This document shows positions 63,346 to 64,000 of a DNA stretch of 64,000 nt, piece after piece. The stretch is from Candidatus Dadabacteria bacterium (GTDB lineage: Bacteria; Desulfobacterota_D; UBA1144; Nemesobacterales; CSP1-2): NCBI GenBank assembly GCA_963805855.1, contig CAWDVW010000002.1, positions 288,001-352,000 of the forward strand, read 5' to 3'. The translations under genes were made by a program, and so were the position numbers. Position 1 is the stretch's first letter; the number at the start of each line of letters is the position of its first letter. The notes beneath the pieces were generated by a model that saw only the letters and a list, made by a program, of their open reading frames with translations, had not been told where the DNA came from and searched no databases.

Positions 63346-63351
63346 GATTTC

Positions 63352-64000
63352 ATGAATACACTTATAATTGGAAAACTCAGACAAGAAAAAGCGGGCTATA
63401 AAGCGTTTGTACCCGAGCCATTTCCGCCTAAGAAAGGTTTTTCCTTTTCGTCAAAACTGATTTCAAAGGCCGCAACAGCGTCACTTTTATTAGGCAAGCT
63501 TGATGGTATTACTCAACTCCTACCGGATGTTGATTTATTTATCTTTATGTACCTAAGAAAGGACGCTGCTTCTTCTACTCAAATTGAAGGAACGAGAGCA
63601 ACCATGGTCGATGCTATTGAAGCAGAGGCCAAAACTTCGTACGATCTACCAGATGATGTAGATGATATTATTCACTATATACAAGCGTTGAATTATGGAA
63701 TGGAGCGTCTAAAAGACTTTCCTCTTACCCTCCGTTTCATAAGGGAATTGCAGAGAGAGCTTATGAAAGATGGCAGATCAACTCAGTTTGCTGATCCGGG
63801 AGAATTTAGAAAAACTCAGAATTGGGTTGGGGGGACTTCTCCCGTAAATGCACACTTTGTTCCACCACCCGTTTTCGAGATGAACAAAGCATTAAATGAC
63901 TTTGAAGAATTTTTACATTCTGATGACGATTATCTACCGCTTATTAAAGCTGCTTTAATTCACTCACAGTTTGAAACGATACACCCATTTCTCGATGCAA
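63352..64000 (+). CDS. Fic family protein, 5' part (runs off window)
   Basis: YKAFVPEPFPP, LGKLDG, SSTQIEGT, PGEFRKTQNWVGG, HSQFETIHPFLD. Confidence 0.93.
   Translation, partial: MNTLIIGKLRQEKAGYKAFVPEPFPPKKGFSFSSKLISKAATASLLLGKLDGITQLLPDVDLFIFMYLRKDAASSTQIEGTRATMVDAIEAEAKTSYDLPDDVDDIIHYIQALNYGMERLKDFPLTLRFIRELQRELMKDGRSTQFADPGEFRKTQNWVGGTSPVNAHFVPPPVFEMNKALNDFEEFLHSDDDYLPLIKAALIHSQFETIHPFLDA

Overview
Bacterial chromosomal window, AT-rich overall; the gene content suggests a Desulfobacterota/Deltaproteobacteria-like lineage (inference only). The housekeeping backbone comprises aroF (3' end), purN, a stand-alone 5S rRNA, rpsU-dnaG-rpoD, split transketolase, ctpA, uppS-dxr-rseP, serS, rpsB-tsf-pyrH-frr, queG and a PPi-dependent PFK. 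Energy and metal genes include a caa3 oxidase + Rieske/cytochrome b-c operon, SCO-multicopper oxidase, an Fe-S D-lactate dehydrogenase and copA. Intergenic DNA is full of short palindromic elements (REP/REPIN-like hairpins, some with smaller hairpins nested in their loops, heptamer arrays, an IS200/IS605-like MITE, IS3 remnants). Best candidate for an undescribed system: a ~6.9 kb cargo island (C-type lectin/FG-GAP/TSP3 protein, secreted ADC-fold protein, PAS-LuxR regulator with candidate operators, decayed RAYT transposase) lying between the two arms of a 20-bp REP-like inverted repeat at a convergent gene junction. Other accessory genes are bracketed by diverged direct repeats (nhaP 3' end; 80-bp repeat). 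All calls come from reading the sequence; no database searches were run.
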